The notes beneath the pieces are model-generated. The model made no database searches. It was not told where the DNA came from and was given only the letters and a program-made list of their open reading frames with translations. DNA of 64,000 nt from Tulanevirus 60ahydrpp (taxonomy: Duplodnaviria; Heunggongvirae; Uroviricota; Caudoviricetes; Straboviridae). The DNA lies in IMG/VR virus record IMGVR_UViG_2974724359_000001, positions 19,795-83,794 of that record; one strand, 5' to 3'. Each line of letters starts with the position of its first letter. Position 1 is the first letter of the stretch. A program made the translations under genes and the position numbers. Positions 26,831 to 35,132 of this stretch are shown one piece after another.

Positions 26831-26858
26831 ATGGGCTCTTCGGAGCCCATTTTCATTT
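26831..26858 (+). terminator. rho-independent terminator
   Basis: atgggctcttcggagcccattttcatttt. Confidence 0.8.
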
Positions 26859-26924
26859 TATGGTGTACATCACGAAAAATCCATGTTAGAATAAGTTTGA
26901 ATCAATAACATATGGAGTATTATC

Positions 26925-27374
26925 ATGAATCGCTACAAACTTCGGAGAATCCTCGAAGCAGAGTTTAAAGAAATCAACAGAAAAATCGAAGAAGCTCGGT
27001 TGGCTTCTGGTCATGGCCACCGTTTTCATCTGGAATACACCTATCATTTCATAGATGACCTTTTGCTTCGCAATATCAATGTCGATGATACGCTGAGCTT
27101 GATCAAAGGCTTGAAGGAAAAAATACATGAAGTTGACGCATACATGTCTCTTCCGTATCCTCCGCATCTTGACGAAAAACGGGTCGAAGGTGTAGAATAT
27201 CGACCAATTCGCTTAGAAATCACTAATGGATCACTTTGGATTGGAATTACTCCTTCCAAAATTCCGCCATCATCAGAATACAGTTCTTCTTTGACATGCC
27301 GAATGGCAATAGTCAATTCGCGACGTTTAACTTCAAACGTAACTACGAAAGTCATTAAAATGGAGGGGTTATGA
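26925..27374 (+). CDS. hypothetical protein
   Basis: 149 aa ORF. Confidence 0.5.
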   Translation: MNRYKLRRILEAEFKEINRKIEEARLASGHGHRFHLEYTYHFIDDLLLRNINVDDTLSLIKGLKEKIHEVDAYMSLPYPPHLDEKRVEGVEYRPIRLEITNGSLWIGITPSKIPPSSEYSSSLTCRMAIVNSRRLTSNVTTKVIKMEGL

Positions 27375-27922
27375 GGCTATTGATGATTCTCATGATCGTA
27401 TTTGCCACACATGTTTATGCCGGTCCGTCGGTAACAGATTTTACGGACACTCAAAAGTACAATTTGTCGTATGCTTACAACTATGGAAAAGCTTATGACT
27501 TGATGGGAGAATTGCGAGATGTCAATAATCCGAATTTCTGGAACGATCGTCATCTTGGCACATTATTCGCTGCTATCGCATGGGAAGAATCCTCAGCTGG
27601 AATAAACACTGGTAGAAATAAAAAGGGTCATCACGCGTATGGGATGTTTCAAAATCTTTACACAACGGTTACATCTAAACTCGACAATAGAGGAATTCCG
27701 TACAGACATTGGTATCTGAAAAGGGATTTGGAGCGTAAAAGTTCTTCTGCCGAATGGGCTATGGATGAACTCTCATACTGGCTCAAGGTTCGAAAAGGTA
27801 ACATTCGAATTGCTCTGGCTTCATACAACGCAGGTTGGAATTACCATGCTGGATTGAAGTACGCTGATCGAGTTTTAGCTAAGAACCAAAACCTCAAGAA
27901 AATGGAATTTATTTCAAAATAA
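27371..27922 (+). CDS. lytic transglycosylase (SLT domain) with N-terminal signal or anchor
   Basis: 183 aa; hydrophobic N-terminus MRLLMILMIVFATHVYA; SLT motifs AWEESSAG, AYGMFQ, ASYNAG. Confidence 0.6.
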   Translation: MRLLMILMIVFATHVYAGPSVTDFTDTQKYNLSYAYNYGKAYDLMGELRDVNNPNFWNDRHLGTLFAAIAWEESSAGINTGRNKKGHHAYGMFQNLYTTVTSKLDNRGIPYRHWYLKRDLERKSSSAEWAMDELSYWLKVRKGNIRIALASYNAGWNYHAGLKYADRVLAKNQNLKKMEFISK

Positions 27923-27924
27923 AA

Positions 27925-27964
27925 GTGTAAATTTGATGAGACTATGATACGATAGTCTCATCAA
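27925..27964 (+). promoter_or_regulatory. promoter with palindrome (PeSL-like variant)
   Basis: GTGTAAA -35, TACGAT -10, inverted repeat TTGATGAGACTAT / ATAGTCTCATCAA. Confidence 0.45.
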
Positions 27965-27986
27965 ATAAACCATCCAAGGAAATCCA

Positions 27987-28214
27987 ATGAAAGTACGATT
28001 CAAATCCAAAGAAGATCGTAGCGAATTCATGCAACGTGGTCCAGCAAATAGGATGATTGCGACACTTATCGGCATGAATTGGTGGCTTGCTGAGAATCGT
28101 CTGAATGATGGCACAATCGAACTCGTGACTCCTCAAAAAGAATGCATCGAAATCGACGGATATTACGCTCTCATTTTCATGAATGAGCGCAAATATTTCC
28201 ACATTATTGTCTAA
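27987..28214 (+). CDS. small protein, RFKS-family paralogue 1
   Basis: 75 aa; N-terminus MKVRFKSKEDRSEF shared with ORFs at 37141 and 40338. Confidence 0.5.
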   Translation: MKVRFKSKEDRSEFMQRGPANRMIATLIGMNWWLAENRLNDGTIELVTPQKECIEIDGYYALIFMNERKYFHIIV

Positions 28215-28219
28215 ATCAT

Positions 28220-28251
28220 GTTGATGAGACCTTGGTATAATTGTCTCATCA
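28220..28251 (+). promoter_or_regulatory. extended -10 promoter inside palindrome
   Basis: TTGATGAGAC-cttgGTATAATt-GTCTCATCAA. Confidence 0.4.
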
Positions 28252-28528
28252 AATGAAAACACGCGGAGTATTAATTATGCATTACATCATCAACAAAAAC
28301 GGTATCGCCTTTGTTGTTTCGCTGGAAGGTTTTGATATTTCCAAAATCGATGGGAAAACCTTTTCCAGCCTATATGATATGAACCTTGAAATGCACGAGG
28401 AGTGTATCGGTTTCGAATATCTCGTAACACGAGAAGCTCCTGATTCACCGGTCATGATGTACACACAATACAGTGGCGAAATCGTGAAAATCGAACCTGA
28501 GCGTTTCATCAACGAATTTGTTTTGTGA
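28241..28528 (+). CDS. hypothetical protein
   Basis: 95 aa ORF. Confidence 0.45.
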   Translation: MSHQMKTRGVLIMHYIINKNGIAFVVSLEGFDISKIDGKTFSSLYDMNLEMHEECIGFEYLVTREAPDSPVMMYTQYSGEIVKIEPERFINEFVL

Positions 28529-28535
28529 GGGATAT

Positions 28536-28763
28536 ATGGAACATATTTTCGCTATAGAAGATGTAAATCCGAATGTTGTCATCGTTTGGCAAACTATTGG
28601 CAACTGGAAAGTAGGTTTTTCTAATGGAAAGACTTATGACTTTACGATTCATTGGGATGTAGATCTTCAAATGACTATTTATGCTCTAACGGACGAAAAT
28701 GGTCTCGGATTTCAAAGTTGTGATTTCGTTGACATTTTGGCATTTGACGGAGATGTATCGTGA
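28536..28763 (+). CDS. hypothetical protein
   Basis: 75 aa from ATG 28536 with RBS gagggatat. Confidence 0.45.
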   Translation: MEHIFAIEDVNPNVVIVWQTIGNWKVGFSNGKTYDFTIHWDVDLQMTIYALTDENGLGFQSCDFVDILAFDGDVS

Positions 28764-29182
28764 AAAAACTTGTGTTAGCTAGTATTCTTTCCATATCATT
28801 TTCTGCATTTGCGAATGTCGGAGAAATGTTCTGGTTTCCTGAAAAATCGGGAGCACTGCAGGAATTTTCAGATGACTCTGGAACTTACGAATCTGCTTTG
28901 TCCATTGAATGCGATAGTCAAAAATTGAAAACCTATGATGACTGTCTCGGCATTGTGTTCAATGGCGATTCCTGGATGATCGACGCCGCGCGCGACGACA
29001 GCAACATCCTCGTTGGTAATGCACCCGTGATGATTACGATCAACGGAGTTGTTCAGCGTCTTCACTATATTCGCACTGATACCGCTATCGTCATCAATCG
29101 TTCTGAAAACCCTGGATTTCAGCCAATTGGCAAAGTCCTCAAAGTAGTAACGGCAAAAGGTAAAGGAGAGTTCACATTATGA
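28760..29182 (+). CDS. secreted protein
   Basis: 140 aa, signal peptide MKKLVLASILSISFSAFA. Confidence 0.55.
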   Translation: MKKLVLASILSISFSAFANVGEMFWFPEKSGALQEFSDDSGTYESALSIECDSQKLKTYDDCLGIVFNGDSWMIDAARDDSNILVGNAPVMITINGVVQRLHYIRTDTAIVINRSENPGFQPIGKVLKVVTAKGKGEFTL

Positions 29183-29661
29183 TCGTTAACACAGTCAAAG
29201 GTAATGCAATCAGTCTGTTTCTGAACGGCGAATATGACATGTTTGCGCATGGTTGTAACATTTTTAACCGAATGGGTTCTGGCATTGCTAAAGAAGTTCG
29301 TGAACGCCTCCCTGAGCTTTGGGAACTCGATCAAAAGACAGTTGAAGGTGATCGTTCCAAGCTTGGAACGATCTCGGCCACAAGTTACCCTTATGCTGGC
29401 CTTGCCTTCAACTTCTATACTCAGGCGACTTACTGGGACCCTAGCGATATGTTGTCCTATGATGCGGCCCGTTCATGCTTTGAAACCTTGAACACTATGT
29501 GTCAAGAAACTGTCGATTTTGGCCTCGGTAAGCCGACTATGTGCATTCCTATGATCGGCGCAGGTCTTGCCCGGGGCGATTGGGACAAGATTTCTGCAAT
29601 CATCAACGAAGTAACTCCAAATATTGATATTACAGTGGTGGAATTCGATGGCAGTCGGTAA
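29179..29661 (+). CDS. macro domain protein (ADP-ribose binding or processing)
   Basis: 160 aa; GNAISLFLNGEYDMFAHGCNIFNRMGSGIAKEV and IPMIGAGLARGDW resemble macro-domain Gly-rich loops. Confidence 0.5.
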   Translation: MIVNTVKGNAISLFLNGEYDMFAHGCNIFNRMGSGIAKEVRERLPELWELDQKTVEGDRSKLGTISATSYPYAGLAFNFYTQATYWDPSDMLSYDAARSCFETLNTMCQETVDFGLGKPTMCIPMIGAGLARGDWDKISAIINEVTPNIDITVVEFDGSR

Positions 29662-29845
29662 ATGGCAACAGTGTGGTCCGGTGATGAACCGTATCTTCGA
29701 ATGTGCAATAGTCGAATTGCTTGGCGAAGAATGTAAAGGTATTATAATCCACTCATATCGTGACGCCGGCGATGTAGTTCTCGTGAATTACGAGTTGATG
29801 TACCGCGGCCGAGTGTTTATTGGTCAAACCTCAATGGTGCCGTAA
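29648..29845 (+). CDS. hypothetical protein
   Basis: 65 aa from ATG 29648. Confidence 0.35.
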   Translation: MAVGKWQQCGPVMNRIFECAIVELLGEECKGIIIHSYRDAGDVVLVNYELMYRGRVFIGQTSMVP

Positions 29846-30174
29846 TGAAATTTCCAAAAGAATTTTTGATTGAACTCATTGGCGAATCGCTGGAAATCAT
29901 CCCAGGAGAAGGTCTTCCATCAGAACTGTGTGGCAAATATGAAACTTTAGTAAATGAAGTTGTCGACCGTGGCCGCTGGACTGTTTATTACGACTTTGTT
30001 TTCTCCTTTGAAAAGGATGGAGTAAAGCGTTATTTCCGCGAGCCGTATGAAGTCGGCGCAACAGAAGAGCAGGACAGCCCGATTTGGGAAAATGAACCCG
30101 ATCTGATGGATGTCAGTGAAGTTGAACCGTATGAAGTGACTACAATTGTATATAAGTGGAAGAACAATGGCTAA
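29845..30174 (+). CDS. hypothetical acidic protein
   Basis: 109 aa ORF. Confidence 0.5.
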   Translation: MKFPKEFLIELIGESLEIIPGEGLPSELCGKYETLVNEVVDRGRWTVYYDFVFSFEKDGVKRYFREPYEVGATEEQDSPIWENEPDLMDVSEVEPYEVTTIVYKWKNNG

Positions 30175-30631
30175 AGAAATAGAACGTAAATGGCTTGTTA
30201 AATTTGTTCCATACAAGAATTTGGAGCAGTTTCCTCATAAGCAAATTGCGCAATTCTACTTTGACGGCAAACGCTATCGAAGTGTGATGGAAACTGGCGT
30301 TCGTGAAAAATTCATTGAAACTGTAAAAACTGGCTCCGGTTTGGTTCGTGAAGAGGTCGAACATGAAATCGACAAAAATGCTGCATGGGAAGCCCATGAT
30401 GCTGCAGGTTTACCAACTTGCGTCGTTAAGACCAGATACGAAATACCGCATGGCCATGGACTAACGGCCGAACTCGATATGTTTGCTAGCGGTGAACAAT
30501 ATATCGAGATCGAATTTGATAACGTCGAAGATGCCAATGCATTCATTCCACCGTGCTGGTTCGGCGAAGAAGTTACCAATGATGAATATCACACCAACTA
30601 TGCGCTTTTCAAGCGGCTCAACGAGGTCTAA
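30167..30631 (+). CDS. CYTH (triphosphate tunnel metalloenzyme) domain protein
   Basis: 154 aa from ATG 30167 (ATGGCTAA overlap with previous stop); begins KEIERKWLV, the ExExK CYTH signature. Confidence 0.55.
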   Translation: MAKEIERKWLVKFVPYKNLEQFPHKQIAQFYFDGKRYRSVMETGVREKFIETVKTGSGLVREEVEHEIDKNAAWEAHDAAGLPTCVVKTRYEIPHGHGLTAELDMFASGEQYIEIEFDNVEDANAFIPPCWFGEEVTNDEYHTNYALFKRLNEV

Positions 30632-31207
30632 ATGGCAAGTCTTCATTTTCACTATGCTGCAATGAATTCCGGTAAAAGCACTCATTTACTTCAAGTAGCC
30701 CACAATTACGAAGAACGTGGTATGCGTGCTATTATCATAAAGCCTGCAATTGACACACGTGATGGCGCAACAGTATCCTCGCGAATTGGTCTATCACGGC
30801 CTGCTATTATGGTGAGGCAAAGCGACAGTTTGACAGCCTTGATCGACAAAGAGCATAGCAGGCAGCGCATTAGTTGTGTGTTAGTAGATGAAGCGCAATT
30901 TCTGCTTCCAGAACAAGTCAGTCAGCTCGCATCGGTCGTAGATGAATTAGACATTCCAGTAATGTGCTATGGGCTGTTGTCTGATTCAAACGGTAACATG
31001 TTTCCTGCAGCAGAACGACTGGTAGTTTTAGCAGAAGAAAAGGTTGAACACAAAACCATATGTTGGTGTGGCACCAAAGCTACAATGAACATGAGAATCG
31101 ACGAAAATGGCAAGAAGGTGTGGGGCCCAAGTGTTTCGATAGGTGGCAATGATCGCTATATTTCAGTGTGTCGTAAACACTGGAACATGGGAAAATCTTC
31201 AAAATAA
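30632..31207 (+). CDS. tk: thymidine kinase
   Basis: 191 aa; MASLHFHYAAMNSGKST, LVDEAQFL, VMCYGL, CWCG...VCRKHW align with T4 Tk. Confidence 0.9.
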   Translation: MASLHFHYAAMNSGKSTHLLQVAHNYEERGMRAIIIKPAIDTRDGATVSSRIGLSRPAIMVRQSDSLTALIDKEHSRQRISCVLVDEAQFLLPEQVSQLASVVDELDIPVMCYGLLSDSNGNMFPAAERLVVLAEEKVEHKTICWCGTKATMNMRIDENGKKVWGPSVSIGGNDRYISVCRKHWNMGKSSK

Positions 31208-31281
31208 TTTCAAAAAGTTGTTTACAACGAGGCCTTTTCATATAAAATGGCCTCAAGTTAAACAAAAATGAGAAACACACT

Positions 31282-31545
31282 ATGAAAAGTTCTGATGTTT
31301 TTGCCCAAGTTCAACTTGCCCAAGCTTTTGCCACTGAAGAGTTGAAACGCAAATTAGCTCCTGTTGGAAAATTCGTTGCCGACGAAATGATTTCCAAACG
31401 AGTTTTTACAATCACCTTCGCAGGCGATAAATTCCCTGGAATTTACACCAGAGATATCGTCGACTATCTAAGAACTCTTGGATATGAGACTCGCACCGAA
31501 TCTCACCGTAATGAAAGCTATATCACCGTAACTGCAAAACCCTAA
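31282..31545 (+). CDS. hypothetical protein
   Basis: 87 aa ORF, preceded by GTTTACA / TATAAAAT promoter-like sequence with GAGGCC/GGCCTC inverted repeat. Confidence 0.5.
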   Translation: MKSSDVFAQVQLAQAFATEELKRKLAPVGKFVADEMISKRVFTITFAGDKFPGIYTRDIVDYLRTLGYETRTESHRNESYITVTAKP

Positions 31546-31565
31546 TTCAATCAAAAGGAAATATA

Positions 31566-32489
31566 ATGCGTACTATGTCCAAAACTCCGAAAATTACCAA
31601 GAAAATGGGCCTTTCTATCGCAGCCGGTCTGCTGGCCGCAATTACTGCCCTGAATATCTTTACTGTGGTCGATGATGGCTCTGTTGCAACTGCCACTTTC
31701 CTTGGTAAAGTTAGCCCAAATATCATGCAGCCCGGCCTGAACATCATCAATCCGTTGGCATCAGTTGATACCTATTCAACTCGTGATCTGAAGATGGAAT
31801 TCTCAAACGTACAAGTTCCTTCTCAAGATAAACTGAAAACTTCTGTCGATATCACTCTGATGCTGCGATTCGACGGTGATAAAGCCCAAATGGTTCGTAT
31901 CAATGGCGGTACCGAACGCCAAGCCATTGACAAGTACGTCGCGAAGAAATTCGAGAGTACCGTTCGCGAATCTGGTAAAAACATCAAGAAAGCACAAGAT
32001 CTGTTTGGCGATGCAAAGACCCAATCCATGCTGCAAGACATGATCAAAACTGAAGTCAATGACTATTCCAAGCCGTTTGGTTATGAAGTAACTGAAGTAT
32101 TCCTGCAAGAAATTACTCTGCCGAAGCTGATTCAAGACCAGGTTGAGCAAACCAAAATTCGCGAAGAAGCCGTAAACCAGGCCCAAGCGGATCTGGATAA
32201 AGCTGAAAAAGTGGCACAACAGCAGGTTAAGACAGCCGAAGCTGCGCGTGAAGCTCGTGAACAAAACGCTGTTGCCAACGAACGTGACGCTGATGCTAAA
32301 CTGTATGCCGCCGGTAAAGAAGCTGAAGCTAACGTTCTGCTGCAGAAAACCATTACTCCTGAAATGATCAAATGGCGCCAGCTGGAAGTCGAAATGATTC
32401 GTGCCAACAAATATCAAGGCGGTGTACCACAGACTGTGGTCGGCGCTGGTTATGACGGCCAAATGCTGATGGACATGCGTTCCAAGTAA
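31566..32489 (+). CDS. SPFH/band-7 (prohibitin/stomatin-like) membrane protein
   Basis: 307 aa; N-terminal TM segment, SPFH core (IINPLASVDTYSTRDLKMEFSNVQVPSQDKLKTSVDITLMLRFD), C-terminal Ala/Glu-rich coiled coil. Confidence 0.65.
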   Translation: MRTMSKTPKITKKMGLSIAAGLLAAITALNIFTVVDDGSVATATFLGKVSPNIMQPGLNIINPLASVDTYSTRDLKMEFSNVQVPSQDKLKTSVDITLMLRFDGDKAQMVRINGGTERQAIDKYVAKKFESTVRESGKNIKKAQDLFGDAKTQSMLQDMIKTEVNDYSKPFGYEVTEVFLQEITLPKLIQDQVEQTKIREEAVNQAQADLDKAEKVAQQQVKTAEAAREAREQNAVANERDADAKLYAAGKEAEANVLLQKTITPEMIKWRQLEVEMIRANKYQGGVPQTVVGAGYDGQMLMDMRSK

Positions 32490-32496
32490 TTTAACT

Positions 32497-32521
32497 CGGG
32501 CTCCTTCGGGAGCCCATTTTG
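32497..32521 (+). terminator. rho-independent terminator
   Basis: cgggctccttcgggagcccattttg. Confidence 0.8.
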
Positions 32522-32539
32522 ATAAGATAACTTGTTAAA

Positions 32540-32779
32540 TTGGAATATATTATGTTTAGCCGTGGTTTTACTTTAATCGAATTGATGGTATTAGTGGCGA
32601 TTGTTATTATTCTGTTAGCCATAGCAATACCGGCTTTTTCGGATAACGAAATTTATAATCCGATCGATTCAGCATGCCCTCATGGGTTAACAACCGCAAT
32701 TACGCCAAATGGCGAAGAAATTCTTGTTTGCCGAAAAAATCAAGTGATCAATAAACAAACACTAACAATCGGAGAATAA
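32540..32779 (+). CDS. type IV pilin / pseudopilin-like protein (prepilin-type N-terminal domain)
   Basis: 79 aa; leader ...MFSRG then FTLIELMVLVAIVIILLAIAIPAF (class III signal, Glu5), two Cys downstream. Confidence 0.65.
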   Translation: MEYIMFSRGFTLIELMVLVAIVIILLAIAIPAFSDNEIYNPIDSACPHGLTTAITPNGEEILVCRKNQVINKQTLTIGE

Positions 32780-33388
32780 ATGCAAAAGCAACTCAAAATG
32801 GGCATCATGGCGGCATTCGTAGCAGCAGCACTTTCTGGTTGTGGCGAGCAACAGTCTGATACATTTTCTTATAATGGTCTCGGTGGAGAACCTATGCCTA
32901 CCGTCACCGCGACTTCGGCAGAGCAATGTCAAGAACTGGGTGGTGGTTCGACGGAACAATGCCAACTAGCGTTTAAGCAAGCAAAGGATGAACATATTTC
33001 AGCTGCACCAAAATTCAATGACCAAACATCATGTGAATCTGGCACAGGTGCTGTATGCACCCAAACACAAATTCAGAATTCCGATGGCAGTTTCAGCGAC
33101 GTGTTCGTTCCAGCTATGGTTGGTATGATTGTTGGCCAACTGATGTCAAGCAATGCTCGCCCGATGCCAGTATATGCGCCAAGCCGACCCGAAGATCGTC
33201 GAAATGGCTTCGTCACTGCGAATGGTTCCTACGTTCCTCCTGGAAAAGGTTCTATCGGTGCAAACACTTTCAAAACTTCCTTCGGCAAGGGAAGTTTTGC
33301 CAAACCGGTAGCATCTTCTAAACCTGTGGTGAGAATGTCATCTGGCGGTTTCGGAAAATCCGGTGGCTTCGGCTCTTCCGGTGGTTAA
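32780..33388 (+). CDS. lipoprotein with Gly-rich C-terminus
   Basis: 202 aa; lipobox AALSGC; Cys-rich middle; C-terminal SSGGFGKSGGFGSSGG; ATG abuts pilin-like stop (taaATG). Confidence 0.6.
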   Translation: MQKQLKMGIMAAFVAAALSGCGEQQSDTFSYNGLGGEPMPTVTATSAEQCQELGGGSTEQCQLAFKQAKDEHISAAPKFNDQTSCESGTGAVCTQTQIQNSDGSFSDVFVPAMVGMIVGQLMSSNARPMPVYAPSRPEDRRNGFVTANGSYVPPGKGSIGANTFKTSFGKGSFAKPVASSKPVVRMSSGGFGKSGGFGSSGG

Positions 33389-33400
33389 TTTCAAAAAGCG

Positions 33401-33442
33401 GTTTACAGCGATGGGACTATGATTTACTATAGTCCCATCAAA
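33401..33442 (+). promoter_or_regulatory. PeSL-like promoter/palindrome cassette 2
   Basis: GTTTACA-17-TACTAT with CGATGGGACTAT / ATAGTCCCATCAAA inverted repeat; downstream leader aaggagtacatcATG identical to copy at 40623. Confidence 0.6.
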
Positions 33443-33459
33443 TCAGCAAGGAGTACATC

Positions 33460-33690
33460 ATGATTTATGTTGGTCAAAAATATCGAATTACCACCCCTGT
33501 GAATTCTTGCCACATCGTTGGGGTTGGTGACATTATTGAAATCACTGAATTATCTTGGTATGGTGTGCGTTCAATGGATATTTCGGTTGATATCGAAGGA
33601 AATTCATATAACGGCATCCTGATGTTTGAAGGACCGTACACTGTCGCGGAATATTGGGAAAAGGTCGAAATGTGCTTGGAGGCTGTTTAA
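33460..33690 (+). CDS. small protein, paralogue A of pair upstream of ATP-grasp gene
   Basis: 76 aa; MIYVGQKYRIT...HIVGVGDIIEITE. Confidence 0.5.
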   Translation: MIYVGQKYRITTPVNSCHIVGVGDIIEITELSWYGVRSMDISVDIEGNSYNGILMFEGPYTVAEYWEKVEMCLEAV

Positions 33691-33939
33691 ATGATTGACG
33701 GAATTTATCGGATTGTTGGTGAAATCTCTACGAACCATCGCCGCATTAGTCAAGGCGACGAGATTTATTTGAAAGAAGATGAATACGGAAATATTCGCGG
33801 TCCAGCAGTTGACTGGGAAGGGCGTGAAACTGAAATTGGTTACATTTTGTGCCCAGACACATTGGAAAAAATTCCCGGCAAAACTGACCAAGAAGCTTAC
33901 CGAATTTGGATTGACACCGTTTTGGAGAAAGTAGAATGA
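33691..33939 (+). CDS. small protein, paralogue B
   Basis: 82 aa; MIDGIYRIVGE...HRRISQGDEIYLKE, same YRI...H...GD(I/E)I pattern. Confidence 0.5.
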   Translation: MIDGIYRIVGEISTNHRRISQGDEIYLKEDEYGNIRGPAVDWEGRETEIGYILCPDTLEKIPGKTDQEAYRIWIDTVLEKVE

Positions 33940-35132
33940 AACGCGTATCTATTGAAGCTCGTAAAGATTGGTTGCCACAGTTGACTTCCGAAGGTGTTTT
34001 GTGGACCACTACTGAAGAAGGTCCTTATTGGGCCGAAGCGATGGTTCAGCCTAAATATTACTCTTTCACTCGTGCAGAACAAGAGCAACTCGAGAAAGCT
34101 GCAAACGAAATCCATGAAATGTGTCTTGAGACAATGGAATGGCTGTTCACCCGCGACGCCAAAAAGCAAAACGAAATTTTCAACATGTTCAATATCCCAT
34201 ATGATTCTCGCGATCAAATCATGCGCAGTTGGGAAGATGATGAATGGGGCCTTTATGGGCGGTTTGATTTCATCATGACCGAAAACGGACCCAAGCTTCT
34301 CGAATATAATGCTGATACCCCCACCATTCTCATCGAATCTGCAATTTCTCAATGGAATTGGTTCAACGATCAACGTGAAAAATTCCATCAAGAAGCTTTT
34401 CAATTTAACGAAATTCATGAAGCGTTGGTTAATCACTGGCGTGATATGAGCACTTATAACGCAATTGGTGATAAAATCAGCTTTGTAGCTACTACGCAAG
34501 TTGATGATTTTGCTACAATCGCATATATGGCTGAAACTGCTTCTGAAGCAGGACTGAATGTCAAAATGTTTGATATCGCTGAAATTCAGCTTGGTGATGA
34601 CAGTAATTTTTATGACATTGAAGGCCAACATATCGACACTTGCTTCAAATTGTATCCATGGGAATGGCTGTATGAAGACGATTTTGGCAAAGCCATTGGT
34701 TGGAGCAACACTCGATTTATTGAACCAACTTGGAAAATGATGCTTTCCAACAAAGCACTTTTGGTTCTTCTTTATGAGCGTTATCCTAACTGTGAATGGT
34801 TGGTTCCAGCGTATATGGAAGATGATTTTGATCGATTGAATCTGTTCACTTATGAAAATCCGAAATGGGTGTCAAAGCCTCTTCTTTCTCGCGAAGGTTG
34901 CAATGTTCATATTTTTGAATATGGTGGAGAAAGTGAATTCACCGATGGCAATTACGCAGAAGAACCGCGTATCGTCCAGAAATATATCGAATGGAAAGAT
35001 TTCGATGGTTGCTACCCAATGCTTGGCGTATGGATGGTAGGTAGCGATGCCGTGGGTTTGGGTATCAGAGAAGATGATAGCCGAATTACCGGTAATAACA
35101 GTCGATTTATTCCACATGTAGTAGAAAATTGA
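33936..35132 (+). CDS. glutathionylspermidine synthetase-like ATP-grasp ligase
   Basis: 398 aa; YGRFDFIMTENGPKLLEYNADTPTILIE matches the GSP-synthetase family core. Confidence 0.65.
   Translation: MKRVSIEARKDWLPQLTSEGVLWTTTEEGPYWAEAMVQPKYYSFTRAEQEQLEKAANEIHEMCLETMEWLFTRDAKKQNEIFNMFNIPYDSRDQIMRSWEDDEWGLYGRFDFIMTENGPKLLEYNADTPTILIESAISQWNWFNDQREKFHQEAFQFNEIHEALVNHWRDMSTYNAIGDKISFVATTQVDDFATIAYMAETASEAGLNVKMFDIAEIQLGDDSNFYDIEGQHIDTCFKLYPWEWLYEDDFGKAIGWSNTRFIEPTWKMMLSNKALLVLLYERYPNCEWLVPAYMEDDFDRLNLFTYENPKWVSKPLLSREGCNVHIFEYGGESEFTDGNYAEEPRIVQKYIEWKDFDGCYPMLGVWMVGSDAVGLGIREDDSRITGNNSRFIPHVVEN

Noticed and set aside
31803-32462. 219-aa minus-strand ORF opposite the SPFH gene
   Set aside because: It is antisense to a gene with a clear SPFH signature; the codon usage is a mirror artefact of the Ala/Glu-rich coiled coil.
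33897-34631. 244-aa minus-strand ORF opposite the ATP-grasp gene
   Set aside because: It is antisense to a conserved enzyme-family ORF and has no RBS.
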